Below are positions 12,917-25,076 of a DNA stretch of 64,000 bases, in pieces. Source of the stretch: Lytechinus pictus (taxonomy: Eukaryota). The stretch spans positions 16,742,001-16,806,000 of the forward strand of contig NC_087250.1 in NCBI RefSeq assembly GCF_037042905.1, given 5' to 3'. A model generated the notes under the pieces. It worked only from the letters and a program-made list of their open reading frames with translations. It did not search any database and was not told the DNA's origin. The translations under genes were made by a program, and so were the position numbers. Every line of letters starts with the position of its first letter. The stretch's first letter is position 1.

Positions 12917-13078
12917 CTGTGTGTAAGGAGATTGAAAATCAAGTTGTCTTATAATTATAAAGGGCAATTATCATTTTGGTATAGAAGGGGGGGGGGCTAT
13001 TTTGGGTCCTGAATGCACAAGGAATCATGTTTGAATCTAGATGAAAAATATTACGTTTAGGGGTCCCCCTCAAAAAAG

Positions 13079-13112
<34 letters not shown>

Positions 13113-13121
13113 ATATACATA

Positions 13122-13946
13122 GAGTGCATACCCGAAAAAACGAAACCGAGATTAAGCGATGATTTATCATAATTTAATCACAAATACAATAGACAAATTA
13201 CCTACCAATGTAAAGCTTAGAATCTCCTCTTTCATCTGATATTACTTAGATTATTCCTCATTCCCGCATGAGTGAGCAAAAACAATTTGAAGAAAGGATA
13301 CCAAAAACTCATTTGGCGGGGGTTATCTGAATTTAAAAAAGAAAATCACATGCCTAAAAAGTTCAATATCTGCTCTTTTATTTGATACCTCAATCACAAA
13401 AAATGGTCAAGAAGTAAAAAAGTTATATTCCCTCGAAACAATGCTTGTATTTCCATAATTTTATCAAATAAACGTGTTTTCACCGGTTTCCTACAGAAGC
13501 TATCGCATGGTTAACAAAAGACTTCATGCATGGCTGATCGTCAACAAAACGGAGTGTCAAGTGAGTTTGAACGCTAGCCTGTAAAACCTCTTCCATGTTA
13601 TGAAATTATTGAAATTCAAGCCTTATTTCAAATAACCAGAACTTTGTTATTTCTTGACCATTTTCTGTAAATGAGGTATCAAATTAAAGAGCAGATATTG
13701 AACTTTTTTAAAATTTGGTTTTCTTTTTTAAACCAAGATACAGCCCGCCAAATGACTTTTTGGTGTCCCCTTTTCAAATTGTTTTTGCTCACTCATGTGC
13801 GAATGAGAAATAATCTAAATAATTTCAGATGAAAGAAGAGATCCTATTAAAGCTTTACAATGGTAGGTCATTTGTCTATTTTATTTATGTTTAAGTTATG
13901 ATAAATCATCGATAAATCTCGGTTTCGTTTTTTGTGGGACGCACTG
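13122..13946. mobile_element. Tc1/mariner-like fold-back MITE in a (TA)n tract
   Basis: About 330-bp imperfect TIRs (AAAAAACGAAACCGAGAT.../...ATCTCGGTTTCGTTTTTT); right end ...GGGACGCACTG|ta. Confidence 0.8.
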
Positions 13947-14457
13947 TATATATATATACAATAACTATTTCACTTATTGCTCGAAACATAAGATCATATC
14001 AATATTAACCCAGATTCGTTCTATTTATTTAACAAAGTAGAATACAAATTTAAACCCCTTTCTTTAACCAGAGTATTAAAGAGCACTTAGAAATATTTTA
14101 TTTGTGCGATGTACTCAAACATTGATTAGGGAGTTTTTGCGCTGTGAAGCACGGAGGGTTCGAGAATAAAGTAAATGTATTGAAAATGCGCATCAAATGA
14201 CAAAGAACAGCTGGAATGCCTTTGTCAAAAATTGGTGAACTAGAACAGTAGTTTTATTCTAAGTTTCGGAGCTGAAAAAAAAATCCAAATTTGTTGTTTG
14301 TTCAGAGTCAAGGATGAAACTGCTGCTTTGACTCTCCAATTTCCTATAATGACTTCTTGGTTGTTGCCTTTTTGTTTTGTCATGAAAAGCATATACATTT
14401 ACTGTGTTCTTGAGTGCTCCTAAGTCGCAAACGGTAGAAAATTCCTCATTAACTTAC

Positions 14458-14621
14458 CTTTCAGGCATTTCCTGCATGGTAGCTGGGATAAGAATATCAA
14501 TCACAGTCTTGTACAGTATGGAATCACAGATACAGATGAGATCAATCATGATCGGGTTATCGAGCAACGGCTGAAGGTGATCGGGCATGCCTTGCCAGAA
14601 ATGCAGCAGAAAGTTCTGGAT
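14458..14621 (-). CDS. RFX6: RFX6 exon (164 bp)
   Basis: [20 protein letters not shown]...[11 protein letters not shown]; atag| acceptor and |gtaagt donor. Confidence 0.95.
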
Positions 14622-14670
14622 CTATTTAGGTATAGATAAAACCAAAGGATGTGACAGGTCGATTGAAAAA

Positions 14671-14850
14671 GGTGCCATGGCCGCGTGGTCTAAGGCGCCT
14701 GACTCTACATGGAAAGTCCAGGGTTCGATCCCTTGGAGCAAGGCATTTAATCTACAATGCTCTTTTATCCTGCTTTCAAATAAATGGAAATGCTATAACC
14801 ATTATTGGTAACTAGGTGTGCACTTGTAAAAAAAAAGTAAAAAAAAAGTA
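14671..14850 (+). mobile_element. tRNA-derived SINE fragment
   Basis: TGGCCGCGTGGTCTAAGGC and GGTTCGATCCC boxes; A-rich tail. Confidence 0.6.
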
Positions 14851-15723
14851 CTATAAGTATACTTGAAAGAATAAGACAAATCAAACCACCCCTTGTTTAA
14901 TTTTCTTGTTTTCTCATTTTATTCAGTCCTGTATGTTTTATCATTTCCAGAGGCTAACCAGACATAGCATCATCCAATGTTTCTGATTCTATTTCTGTTT
15001 ATGGTAACTCCCTTAGGAACTTGGCAGGACAACTTTTTTGCTGGTAAACGCCAAGCTGGTATATAACCAAAATAGGAAGCATTTTACATCTAGGTTAATC
15101 ATTCATGGTGGCTGAAGTTATAGAATGACAGATATTACTCTCGGGTCTTTTTTTATCAAAGTGTAGACAATGGCAGAGTGGGGATTCTACCAACCTTGCG
15201 ATTGTGAGTCCAACGCTCTAACCACTGGACCACACGAGTTTGTAGACTCGATTCCACTAATTGGAGTTTAGTTTTCACTTGCAGATTAGAAAACATAAAT
15301 GTTTCCTAGGACAGAGTCATGCATCAATATTGAATCCTTTCGGGAGAGCGAACTGACCATGCAACACTGTGTTGTCTCTTGTGTACTGTTTGTTACCTAA
15401 TAACTAGTATTATTTTTTTTTTCTTTTTCGATAAAACCATTAGTAATACAGGGGATATTAAAAATAACCATATCATTTTAGTTGTATTTAAAGAAACCGA
15501 AATGTTTTCTACAGGAAAGGTGCCTGTTTGGCTAATTGGTATTACAATTATCGCCACATGAATTTATAGAGTATGATAAGTGTTTTATTACTCAAGTGGA
15601 TCTACAGACTACACTACCAATAATTGTTGCATTGTCGGTAATGAATCTGACCAGGTTTGAGTAGCTGAGGACTTGAGCTGAGGTTATTAAACCCACTGGA
15701 TAAAGTTAAGATAAAGGACTATA

Positions 15724-15981
15724 TAGAGTACCGAAGCGATGACGTCAGTTGCCATGGTGTCATGGCGACCTGATCTAAACAAATGAGCCTGGAATGAAAG
15801 CGTGTCTTTCTCATAGGATAATATGGCTGCTATTGAAATTTCATCGCTTGCAACCTATTTTTCAGACGAGCCAAAGTCAGTTGCAAATACAAATGTGTAC
15901 AGACGACCGTCAGCTGCGACTCTGTTTAGAACCAGCCCGCCAGAACACCATGGCAACCGACGTCACACTTCAGTACTCTAT
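15724..15981. mobile_element. MITE with CRE and X-box-like motifs in its TIRs; related element at about 11004-11338
   Basis: TAGAGTACCGAAG...CTTCAGTACTCTA inverted termini. Confidence 0.65.
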
Positions 15982-15992
15982 TGTTATGTTAC

Positions 15993-16070
15993 CTCATCAA
16001 AGCTTGAGTTAATGATTGTGTCTAATATGCACTGAGAGTGTGTTTTGTACATCACAAGAAGAGTGTCAAC
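15993..16070 (-). CDS. RFX6: RFX6 exon, B domain (78 bp)
   Basis: [26 protein letters not shown]; ag/gt boundaries. Confidence 0.95.
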
Positions 16071-16527
16071 CTGAACGAAAACAGAGAAAACGGACAATGA
16101 TCATTTACCAATTACTTTAATTCACACTTTCAGAAATCAAGAACAAGGAATATGAGAACTTTTTTTTTTGTAATTCGTTTGCTAGAACTGCTCACTTGCG
16201 TATTTACTGCAGTTAGTAAGCAAGTGATTTTTGCAGTGATTATTTAAGACTGTTTTATTTTCAATGTCAATCAATGCAAAAAAAAATAGCAGCTTTGCAT
16301 AATAAATAGGCTCCCATAATATAGTAACAATGGTAAATTGGGCAGGTTTGCTTGAAAAAAATGATTATTTTTGCCAATTTGGTGAATAACACAGACAACC
16401 GATGAGATATTATTAACAATTTAGTATGCTTTAATCGAATAAAAAAATAACAAAAACTAAGCAATAAGATTGATAAAAAATAAGTTCTGAATAAATGAAT
16501 AAAATATAAATAGATGATAAAAAAAAC

Positions 16528-16556
<29 letters not shown>

Positions 16557-16558
<2 letters not shown>

Positions 16559-17205
16559 TGTAAAGAAATGGATGAAGAGAACAATGGTAGGCGTAGCTTA
16601 AATCAAGGTTCCCCAGAGCTATCTACCCTTTTGGAAAAATTGGTGATGCCGAAACAATGTCTCTGCCGGGAATCGAACCCGGGCCCCCAGCTTTGAACGC
16701 CGGTGCCTTAACCACTAAACCACAGAGACGGGTTAGTGGCTAGGGCGACCCCGATCCGATTGACCGTCAGATAGACAGATTTTCGACACTATACCAATTA
16801 TAATTTCCTTTGTCGGGTGAAGGTGGGTTTCGAACAATGACAAGCTGCCATGCTTCAGCTGGATCAAAGCTATTGCTTTGATACAGTACACGTATGGGAG
16901 AAAGTATTCAAATGTGAAGTTATACATGTACAACAGCTTTGGCAACTCTTTTATTTAATTATTGTAAAGAAATGGATGAAGAGAACAATGGTAGACGTAG
17001 CTTAAATCAAGGTTCCCCAGAGCTATCTACCCTTTTGGAAAAATTGGTGATGCCGAAAAAATGTATCTGCCGGGAATCGAACCCGGGCCCCCAGCTTTGA
17101 ACGCCGGTGCCTTAACCACTAGACCACAGACCACTTCATCAATTTCTTTACAATAATTAAATAAAAGAGTTGCCAAAGCTGTTGTACATGTTTAACCTCA
17201 CATTC
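16557..17205. mobile_element. Partial tandem (404-bp period) plus inverted-end element between (TA)n tracts
   Basis: 16557-16727 is repeated at 16961-17130; 16913-16981 is inverted at 17133-17205; (TA)n on both flanks. Confidence 0.7.
16658..16729 (-). tRNA. tRNA-like gene with UCA anticodon, inside a repeat
   Basis: 7-bp acceptor GTCTCTG/CAGAGAC; D-arm with A box; anticodon arm CCGGC-GTTCAAA-GCTGG; 4-nt variable loop; T-arm CCGGG-TTCGATT-CCCGG; T5 run about 18 nt downstream. Confidence 0.6.
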
Positions 17206-17258
17206 ATATATATATATATATATATATATATCACATAAATAATATATATATATCCTAC

Positions 17259-17366
17259 CCTCTCCGCAGACAGAGCGAATGGAAGTGCCATGTGCTGAGC
17301 ATCCGGGAAGTCTGGTAGGAGTGTCCCTGTCTTGGATGACAGTGAATACTTCCGGGTGAAACCGCC
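17259..17366 (-). CDS. RFX6: RFX6 exon (108 bp)
   Basis: GGFTRKYSLSSKTGTLLPDFPDAQHMALPFALSAER; ag/gt boundaries. Confidence 0.95.
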
Positions 17367-18841
17367 CTGTCATAGAATACAATAATAATTACAAAATTAT
17401 TAACATTCATGACACTTGCGTACAGATGGGTGCATGGCCGCTAAAAGTTTCACGATCAAGAAAAAAGAGAAAGATAGGAAGGGGAAACCAAAATATTGAT
17501 TCTATGTAATCAAGAATGAAAATTGTTTCTCTTTCGCTTGCATCATTTTAAAACTTTTGCTCCAGTATCTGGCGCCTTCAATATATTTATTTATTTGTAA
17601 TGATTATTAGTATTATTATTGTTCATTGCACCACTAATTCGTGGCGATCTAAAAAGGGAGGATATTGCTCCCAGTTGATATTTATCATTCATATATTTAT
17701 TATTAAATCATTGGGAGTGCTGGTTTTATTACCTTTTTAACATAATGTCATGTTATTTAGTAAAAGGGCCCTTCAGAAATACCAAAATGGAACCCATACC
17801 GAGATGTAACACGTATTTCAATGCGTAAAAGTAACTCTGAAATTTAGTGAAAAACCGGAGGAATCTATAAATTCTTGTAATCTTGTTTCAATACTTATTA
17901 CAGCCTTTCGATTTTACATTAATATAATACTCGGATACATTGAAAACGAACAGATATTCAAATGTAGATTTGTATTTATACATACAAATAACCCCCTTAT
18001 ATACACGTTGCGAAGATTATACCAGATCTTGATTATTTAAACAGAATCGCGACCCACAGAATGACGTATGAATCGTTACTGATATCATGGATATTATTGA
18101 ATTGAAATACTGTTAATATAGTTGACACACATTGATAGATACGAGACTTAAAAAAAAAAACATAAAAAAGGATTTTCTTGGAAATGTTTCTGAAGGAAGT
18201 GTGGAGTTTGATGAACTCTCGACAAAAAAAAAGAAAGGGAAATGAACATCATTTAGTAAATTTATAACTCGGGTTTAATTCCCTTCGATCAACTCGGTAC
18301 ATAAACCAATCTTTTTGAGGATGACGGATAGCGTTTTAATGAAACGCGACATGTGGTTCCCTGCACAACGACCCTGCATTAAAAACGACACATGCCAATG
18401 TTACCGCGCTAGGCTGACGACGAAGGCGCGCAAAAAGTAGGCCGAAAGAACTGGAAAAGGAAAAAGCAAAGAGGCCAATTTGGCGCAATTATTCATTCGA
18501 GAGAGCTGTGTCAAAAAGGAGTAATTTACAGCCTGGAATTTGTCCCGATGTGTTTGCTTGGAGCAGATGAATATAGCAATAAAGCTGTACGATTCCGCCC
18601 ATTTAAGGTGATGGGGTTGAAGCATGTGTAATGTTGTTAGATGTTAGGAAAGCATTATATCACTTTGAGGACATGCATGTCTATTGATTTTAATGAAAAT
18701 CTTGCTGAAATAAGAAGCACGCGTGTATGTATTAGGAAAATGATAAAATATCTATACACAGGAGCATGATTAAAATAGAACGATTTTTTTCTTGATATCC
18801 TCTCCTCTTTCATGTATATCTCTTTCTAAAAAGTATGGTAA

Positions 18842-19558
18842 AGGCCTGGTCCCACTGACCAAATGACACAAAACGTATATTCATAAAGGACACAGCGGAC
18901 GAGCAAAATTTCGGGGGTGGTTCCATCCGTTTTCATCCGCCCCAGAAATGGACAAAATTCGGGAAATATTTGCCCGAAAGACAACGGAAAAGAACGGACA
19001 TGGGTAGTATATAGCGGGGATCGGGGATGTTAAACGAATGGTCATAGGAAACCTGGCCATGCTGGCGGATGGAAGTGGATGACAGCTTCGAAGGGGTTAC
19101 CGGGAGGGGGGGGGGTTGAGTACGTTATATACGAGATATACATACGCTTACATCCTTTCTATTTCCGGGCAACTAACGATGTATAGACGCTCCATGTACC
19201 TTGTCTGTCATCATTCTTTCCGTAATACAACTACAGTGGCTGTGAGTTGCGAGGATGCCCAGAGGATAAAGCGGACGTTTAACGGATGAAAACGGACGTG
19301 AGACGTTTGTTGCCAGTCATGTTCTGGATTTACATCGTACACGGTGGAGAGTTCATCCGTTCTTAAAGTTATTTGCAACTCAAAACTTTTTGCGCGGATG
19401 AAATCACGTTGGACGAATGCTCGATGGATAGAGCGTATGAAACACGTATGCAATGCGTACATAACCATGATAACGGATGCAAAGCATTTTCCAATGGATG
19501 GCAAGATGGTTTAACGTTTTACATCCCTTTGCATCCGTAAGTGCAGTGGAACCGGGTT
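18842..19558. mobile_element. Harbinger-like non-autonomous element; internally deleted inverted copy at about 59170-59441
   Basis: AGGCCTGGTCCCACTG terminus shared with 59425-59441; ACGGA-rich body. Confidence 0.6.
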
Positions 19559-22281
19559 TTAAGAGATATACATGAAAAAGGGAAGAGAAAAGATATCACG
19601 AAAACTTGAGCTCAGAGAATTATGGACATGATGGAGAGAAAAAAGGGGGGGGGGCAGATGGGTGAATCGACCCAAACCCCCTCCCCAAATTCATCTAAAT
19701 GCTAAAATCCACAATATACGACGTTGTTTTTAAATTTTCCCTCAAGAGGGGTTAACCTGTCATATTTCAAGAACTTTTCTTGAAACTTCTTAGTATGTTA
19801 ATTTGTTCATATTAAAAAAAAAACATTTTTACTAATTAGTGACTACCAAATGATGGTAAGGATGACGATCATCACAAGGACCTCAGAACCAGGCAGGGGG
19901 ACTTGGGGCTTCTGCCACCATCTTTTCACAAAACCGTGTACAAAAACGTAAGGGTGCATGACTGATTGTATTTTTTGCATGGCCAGCTCCCACCCCGCCA
20001 ACTTTGGTGTTTTTGCAAGCCTCCAACCATGCCAACGCTATAGAGTATGTTCTCCAAATGATAACTAGGCAATATAAGAATTCATAACATTATTATTATT
20101 CAAAATTTCACCGACGCCTATCTTCTTCGCTGATGAAAAAATGGCTTATTATTCTCACTGTACAGTGCGACTAAGTTTGCATTCATAGTCAAGGCATGAA
20201 AATACTCCAAACATGTTACTTTGCTTAATTGGATCATTTCACGTTGCGAGTTGGTTAGGCTCATCTTTATACAAACTAGATAATTCATTTTATTCGGTCA
20301 TAGGTCCCATGGCACCCCGAGCATGGCACATATAGGGCCAACTCTGTAAACGTGTATGACTCTGAACATCAGCAAAGCTTGGATGATCGTAAATGGTAGA
20401 AAGGGAAATCCCCCATTAGTGCAATTTATGTACATTTTGAGGGCATTCACTCATTGATGATGGGCAACATGCTTCTTAAGCTAAGCAACCATCATTTTGC
20501 AAGCAACCATAACACGAAGACCCGCCATAGCCCGCATGGTACACAACGTTCCGTTACCGAGCTACCATGGCAAATCCCTTTCTCGGAGCTGCAAGTTTTC
20601 TCATAGCCGTGCGTGCATCCATTGCCAGGAGTAGTGACGGCGTTTCGATGCAACGGTTTCGGGGATACCGGTGCAGTCGAAAACCTGACAATGGTATGCG
20701 TTCTCCGTCTCCCAGTTAAAGCCGAAGTATAATGATGCATAGGTTTGTCGCGTGACGACGATAAAGGTCTAGGAACAAGCCTCCCCCCTGTGAATTGTGA
20801 GTATTGTACAGCAGTCTATGGGTGAGGGTCGCCCCCCCCCCCCCCTCAGATTAAGAGAGGAAACCTCGTGAAATTGCTGTACATAGCCTGCAAACTCATC
20901 TGTAAATTTCTTTTGAATTAGGTGAACTACTTTGGAAATATATAAAACTCAGACTATAAAACAGTCAGTTTGATTACTGATGAATGGTGACAGATCGATG
21001 TTCGCGATGATTATGGTTATAATGAAAATCAGAATACTAGTATTAAGTTCGAATTTAATCATGACTGATTTAGAAATCCCAATGATAAAATGTAGATAAT
21101 CGTAGTTATGCTAATAACGATCATCATGGACGCCATCTCCATCATTAACATTATCATCATCCCCATCGATATCACCATTATGATCAAAATATAAATGTTT
21201 TGATTAATGGTCCAAAGTTTCAGACGCTTTTGGCGTAAGTTTAGCTATATTGGAACTTTTACTTCTAATAATAATTACAATATTCAGATAGCGCTTTACA
21301 AAACAAATAAGTAACTTACATTAATATAATTGAACATTTAACAAATAAGAAAGGAAATGTAGTATTACAAATTTCAACTCAGGTAAAACAGCCTACTAAA
21401 GTTGGAAATACAAAATAATAATGATAATAATAATAGTGGTATAGCTTTCGTTGCTCTGCAGGCCAAACTTTATTCTAGGATAATATTCTTCTGGGGTGAC
21501 GCCGACGCTTATATTTCGTGTCCCCGTGGGAAAAAAATCATTACGAAATTCCAAATTCTAGAAATCTCATATTTCAGTTTGGGAAAATATAGAATACAGA
21601 GAAATTCCAGGGGAAAAAATATTACATTATGTTGTACACCACAACAGCCTACTTACATAATTAGAAACGCATAATAGCAGACAATATGGAATCTGAAGGC
21701 CTACATGACTACTCTTATATCTCTGGTCTAATCTTTCAATCAAAATTTGTCACTCTCTTCGCTCTGTCACCGTACTCAAGAACGAGCCTGACTCCATTTT
21801 AAAAAGGAATAACATAATATATTTTTTGTGTAAAAGGACTGTTTGGAGGAGGTATCACATTATTTTGCTGCCCCGTAGCCAGGGTTTTCAATCAAAGGGT
21901 TCAATTCTTCTGCTTCTCTTTACCTATCTTTTCTTGATTTTGAAACTTCTAGGTGGTTATACATCGAAGTCCTAACACCCCTTCCCCCTCCTGGTATATG
22001 CCGGCTTGCTTCATAAACTGCATGCCCCCCCCCCCCTCCATTTTCTTAATATAAAATGTGTCTGTAGTAGTTTATTACTAGGATACCACCGAGTATGGAC
22101 ATGGATGTGATTACGTAATTTACGTCATTAACCTCCGAACTTAAACAGGTTAATATCTTAATTGGATAACACACGTATCGTGTGCATGCGTGGCGTGTAT
22201 GCATGGGGGAACCTGCACGGAGGACAGTGTGCCTTCCAATTTTCTTCCTCTGTCCAATTCCAAATGGTGGCGTTTTGTTTG

Positions 22282-22494
22282 GAGGCGTGATAGCTCAGTC
22301 GGTAGAGCGGGGATTCGTATTCCGGTGACCTGGATTCGATTCTCACTTGGCGCGCTAGTGCCTTTTGGTAAGGCATTAATCCTCAGTACCAGGTCCTTCG
22401 GAGAGGACCTTAAGCCGTCGGTCCTCTGGTTGCTTGCTTACAAGCATTCATGCTTTCTTAGCACTCAGGTAAAAAATCACCACCACCACCACCA
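22282..22494 (+). mobile_element. tRNA-derived SINE, possibly Deu/Nin-domain type
   Basis: TAGCTCAGTCGGTAGAGC and GATTCGATTC head; GTCCTTCGGAGAGGACCTTAAGCCG resembles my recollection of the Deu domain; (CAC)n tail. Confidence 0.65.
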
Positions 22495-23848
22495 GTTGCG
22501 TAAATAAATTAATGAATAAAATAATACAATGAAATAATGACAATCACTGATATACAGATGGGGAATGCCTCAAAAAGATTCACGACCATGAAAAACGAAA
22601 GATAAGGAAAGGAAAAGGGAGAAATTGACTATCTCTATCTGAATATTATATCAAAATCTGTAACAAAGTTTATTTCTATTAAACATGTTAGAAAGACGAA
22701 TTTTACTTACACAGTCGTAGCTTTGTAGAACTTTTAGCCCGAAAATCCATGTCTAGCCCCCGTCAGAATCTTTGGAACATTACGCCATTGATAATAATAC
22801 AATGAAATGATTACATGCAAAATGAAACTGCAGAATAAATGAATAATGGAAGAAATTTAAATTGAAATACATAATGAACCTTAAACGCAAAGTAATCCCC
22901 TTACCATTTTTTTTTTACTAAGTGGTCTCTTTCTTTAACTTGTTAAATTAAAATGTCATTATGTTACATCCATATGTATACATGTAGTTCAAAAATAAAA
23001 ATTTTGTGCGAAAGCATGTCTCTTAAAAAAAATGAAGTGATACAATAAAATTTGTTTATTATGTTTCTCTCACAAGTTTTATTCAGCACTAGGCGTAGGC
23101 CCCGTCGTTTCATTTCCATGCTTGGGTTATAGAAGGAAATGATTAGGTTAACTTCCACCCAAACATTGAACGAATGAACAAAGAGGGGATAAGTAAAACA
23201 ATTTAAGACGACAGATCGTTGATATGGGCTCTTTAAACTACTTAAGTCTCCATCCGTTATACTTCGCTCCTCAGGAAATACCTACGCTGACCCGCTGTTA
23301 TAGCCGCCTAAGCTCTCGGGGTCTTTGTTTGCTAGAGCCCTGATACACGAGCTCCGTGAGGGCTTCGGTAAACAATATGCTTCCCTCGGTTAATATACAA
23401 TGGTTGAGTGTGATGAACAAGCTCATCTCGACGATTACAATATTTTGCTATTTTTCGCTAAAACAATTAATCTAGGACTCAGGACGGGGGATAATATACG
23501 AGATAACAAGAAGGAGAAGAAGAAGATAATTATGATGATGACGATGATGATGATTAAGAAGAAGAAGGGGGAGGAGGAGAAGAAAAGCTAGAAGGAGAAG
23601 AAGAAAAAAGGAGAAGAAGCAGGAAATGATGAAAAGAGGGATAATGAAATGAATCGACCCCCCCCCAAAAAAAAAAAAAAAAATAGACAGAATATCGGGA
23701 ATAAAACAATATTATGTAGATGTGAAAACAAACAAAAACAATGATTAGAAGGATGAAAGAAAGCAATCGTTGAATTCCTATAAAAGAATATAATGCAATA
23801 TAATTTTTTGAACATTTTGTGAATGATTATTAGGGAATCCGGTCTTAC

Positions 23849-23876
23849 CTCGCTCTTTAATCTTGCTCCGGAAAAT
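23849..23876 (-). CDS. RFX6: RFX6 28-bp microexon
   Basis: catag|A FSGARLKSE|gtaaga; matches RFX6 FSGSKLKNE and restores the frame. Confidence 0.9.
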
Positions 23877-24364
23877 CTATGCGTGTTAAGAGATGTAAAG
23901 TGAAAAAAAAATGATTATGGTAAATAACGCAAATATTGCAATCTTGATTTTGAAATGTGCTTTTACATCTATATTATGACACTGCGTGGTTTGATAAATG
24001 AATAAAAAGATAAATGAAACAAATGAATAATTAAATGAATAAAGAAGTAAATTAATGAATAAATAAAAACAATGAGCGAATACATTTTCAATTAGTGAAA
24101 TACATAAACAATTAGATATAAATGAATATGTAGATGACGAATTGAGTAAATCAATTAATAAATTAGTTTATATTTGAATAAATTAATTCATGAATAAGAA
24201 GATACCAAATTCATAGTAATAAATATATAAAACGATAAAATCAAATAATTATTACATAGATAAATTTTGAAATAAATTAGTAAAAAGAAAAGAGCATAAA
24301 AAGGTAAATGAATAATCTTTATAGGTGAATATCACTATGCGATAAAAAGAAAACAAAATCCTAC

Positions 24365-24442
24365 CTGGTTAGTCCTTTTGTAGAGTACACAGTATGATAA
24401 TATGCACTTGACTCTTTGATGCCAATACCGTAGTAATGATAT
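24365..24442 (-). CDS. RFX6: RFX6 exon, end of DBD (78 bp)
   Basis: [26 protein letters not shown]; ag/gt boundaries. Confidence 0.95.
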
Positions 24443-24932
24443 CTGCAATGAGAATGATACGACGTTTAGTGTAAGGATTAGACAGTGTGAGTAAAAAAAA
24501 ATTAAACCTTACAAATCCCCAAAGTTAGTGAAAAATATGTCATGAACGCATTATATTGCTAGAAAGAGTATTTTCTCCCAACTAATTTGATACAATATTT
24601 ATGTGGTATGTCGTCACGCTTTGATAATCAGTATTCTTTGCAGTGAAGTAAATTTTGATGGGCATGACCGGTACGCAATGAATGAATAAAAATGCCAATG
24701 ATGTCGTAATCCTGCATGAGTAAGTAAACACATTTTTTCAATGAAATTAACTTGAGAATTGATACTTAAAAATGTTTAACAATTATAATGTAAATTATTC
24801 AAGAGGTGTTTGGAAATAGATGTTAATGCAACCGTTGTAGGATTATGACACCATTTACATCTGGATTCATTCATTGCAGTCATGACTTACTCTGGCGCAA
24901 ATCAAACCTTACATCATTTCAAAGAAAACCTC

Positions 24933-25076
24933 CAGGGGGGCGTTTCATGAAAGGACTTGTCGGACGTTTTATCCGACAGTTACCATAGTAACAGTACCTC
25001 TCAGCCAATCAACATCAGAGAAAGATGTCAGATCTGACAACTTGTCGGACGAAAATGTTGATGAAACGCCCCCCTG
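24933..25076. mobile_element. CWG-flanked MITE (PIF/Harbinger-like) carrying an X-box; other copies at 29162-29324 and 49819-49980
   Basis: GGGGCGTTTCAT...ATGAAACGCCCC TIR; three near-identical copies in the window. Confidence 0.8.
24979..24992. promoter_or_regulatory. Consensus RFX X-box motif carried by a MITE in an RFX6 intron
   Basis: GTTACCATAGTAAC; function unproven. Confidence 0.35.

Noticed and set aside
16641..16661. GTGATGCCGAAACAATGTC as a minimal hammerhead ribozyme
   Set aside because: It lacks the CUGANGA core and a convincing stem I/II.
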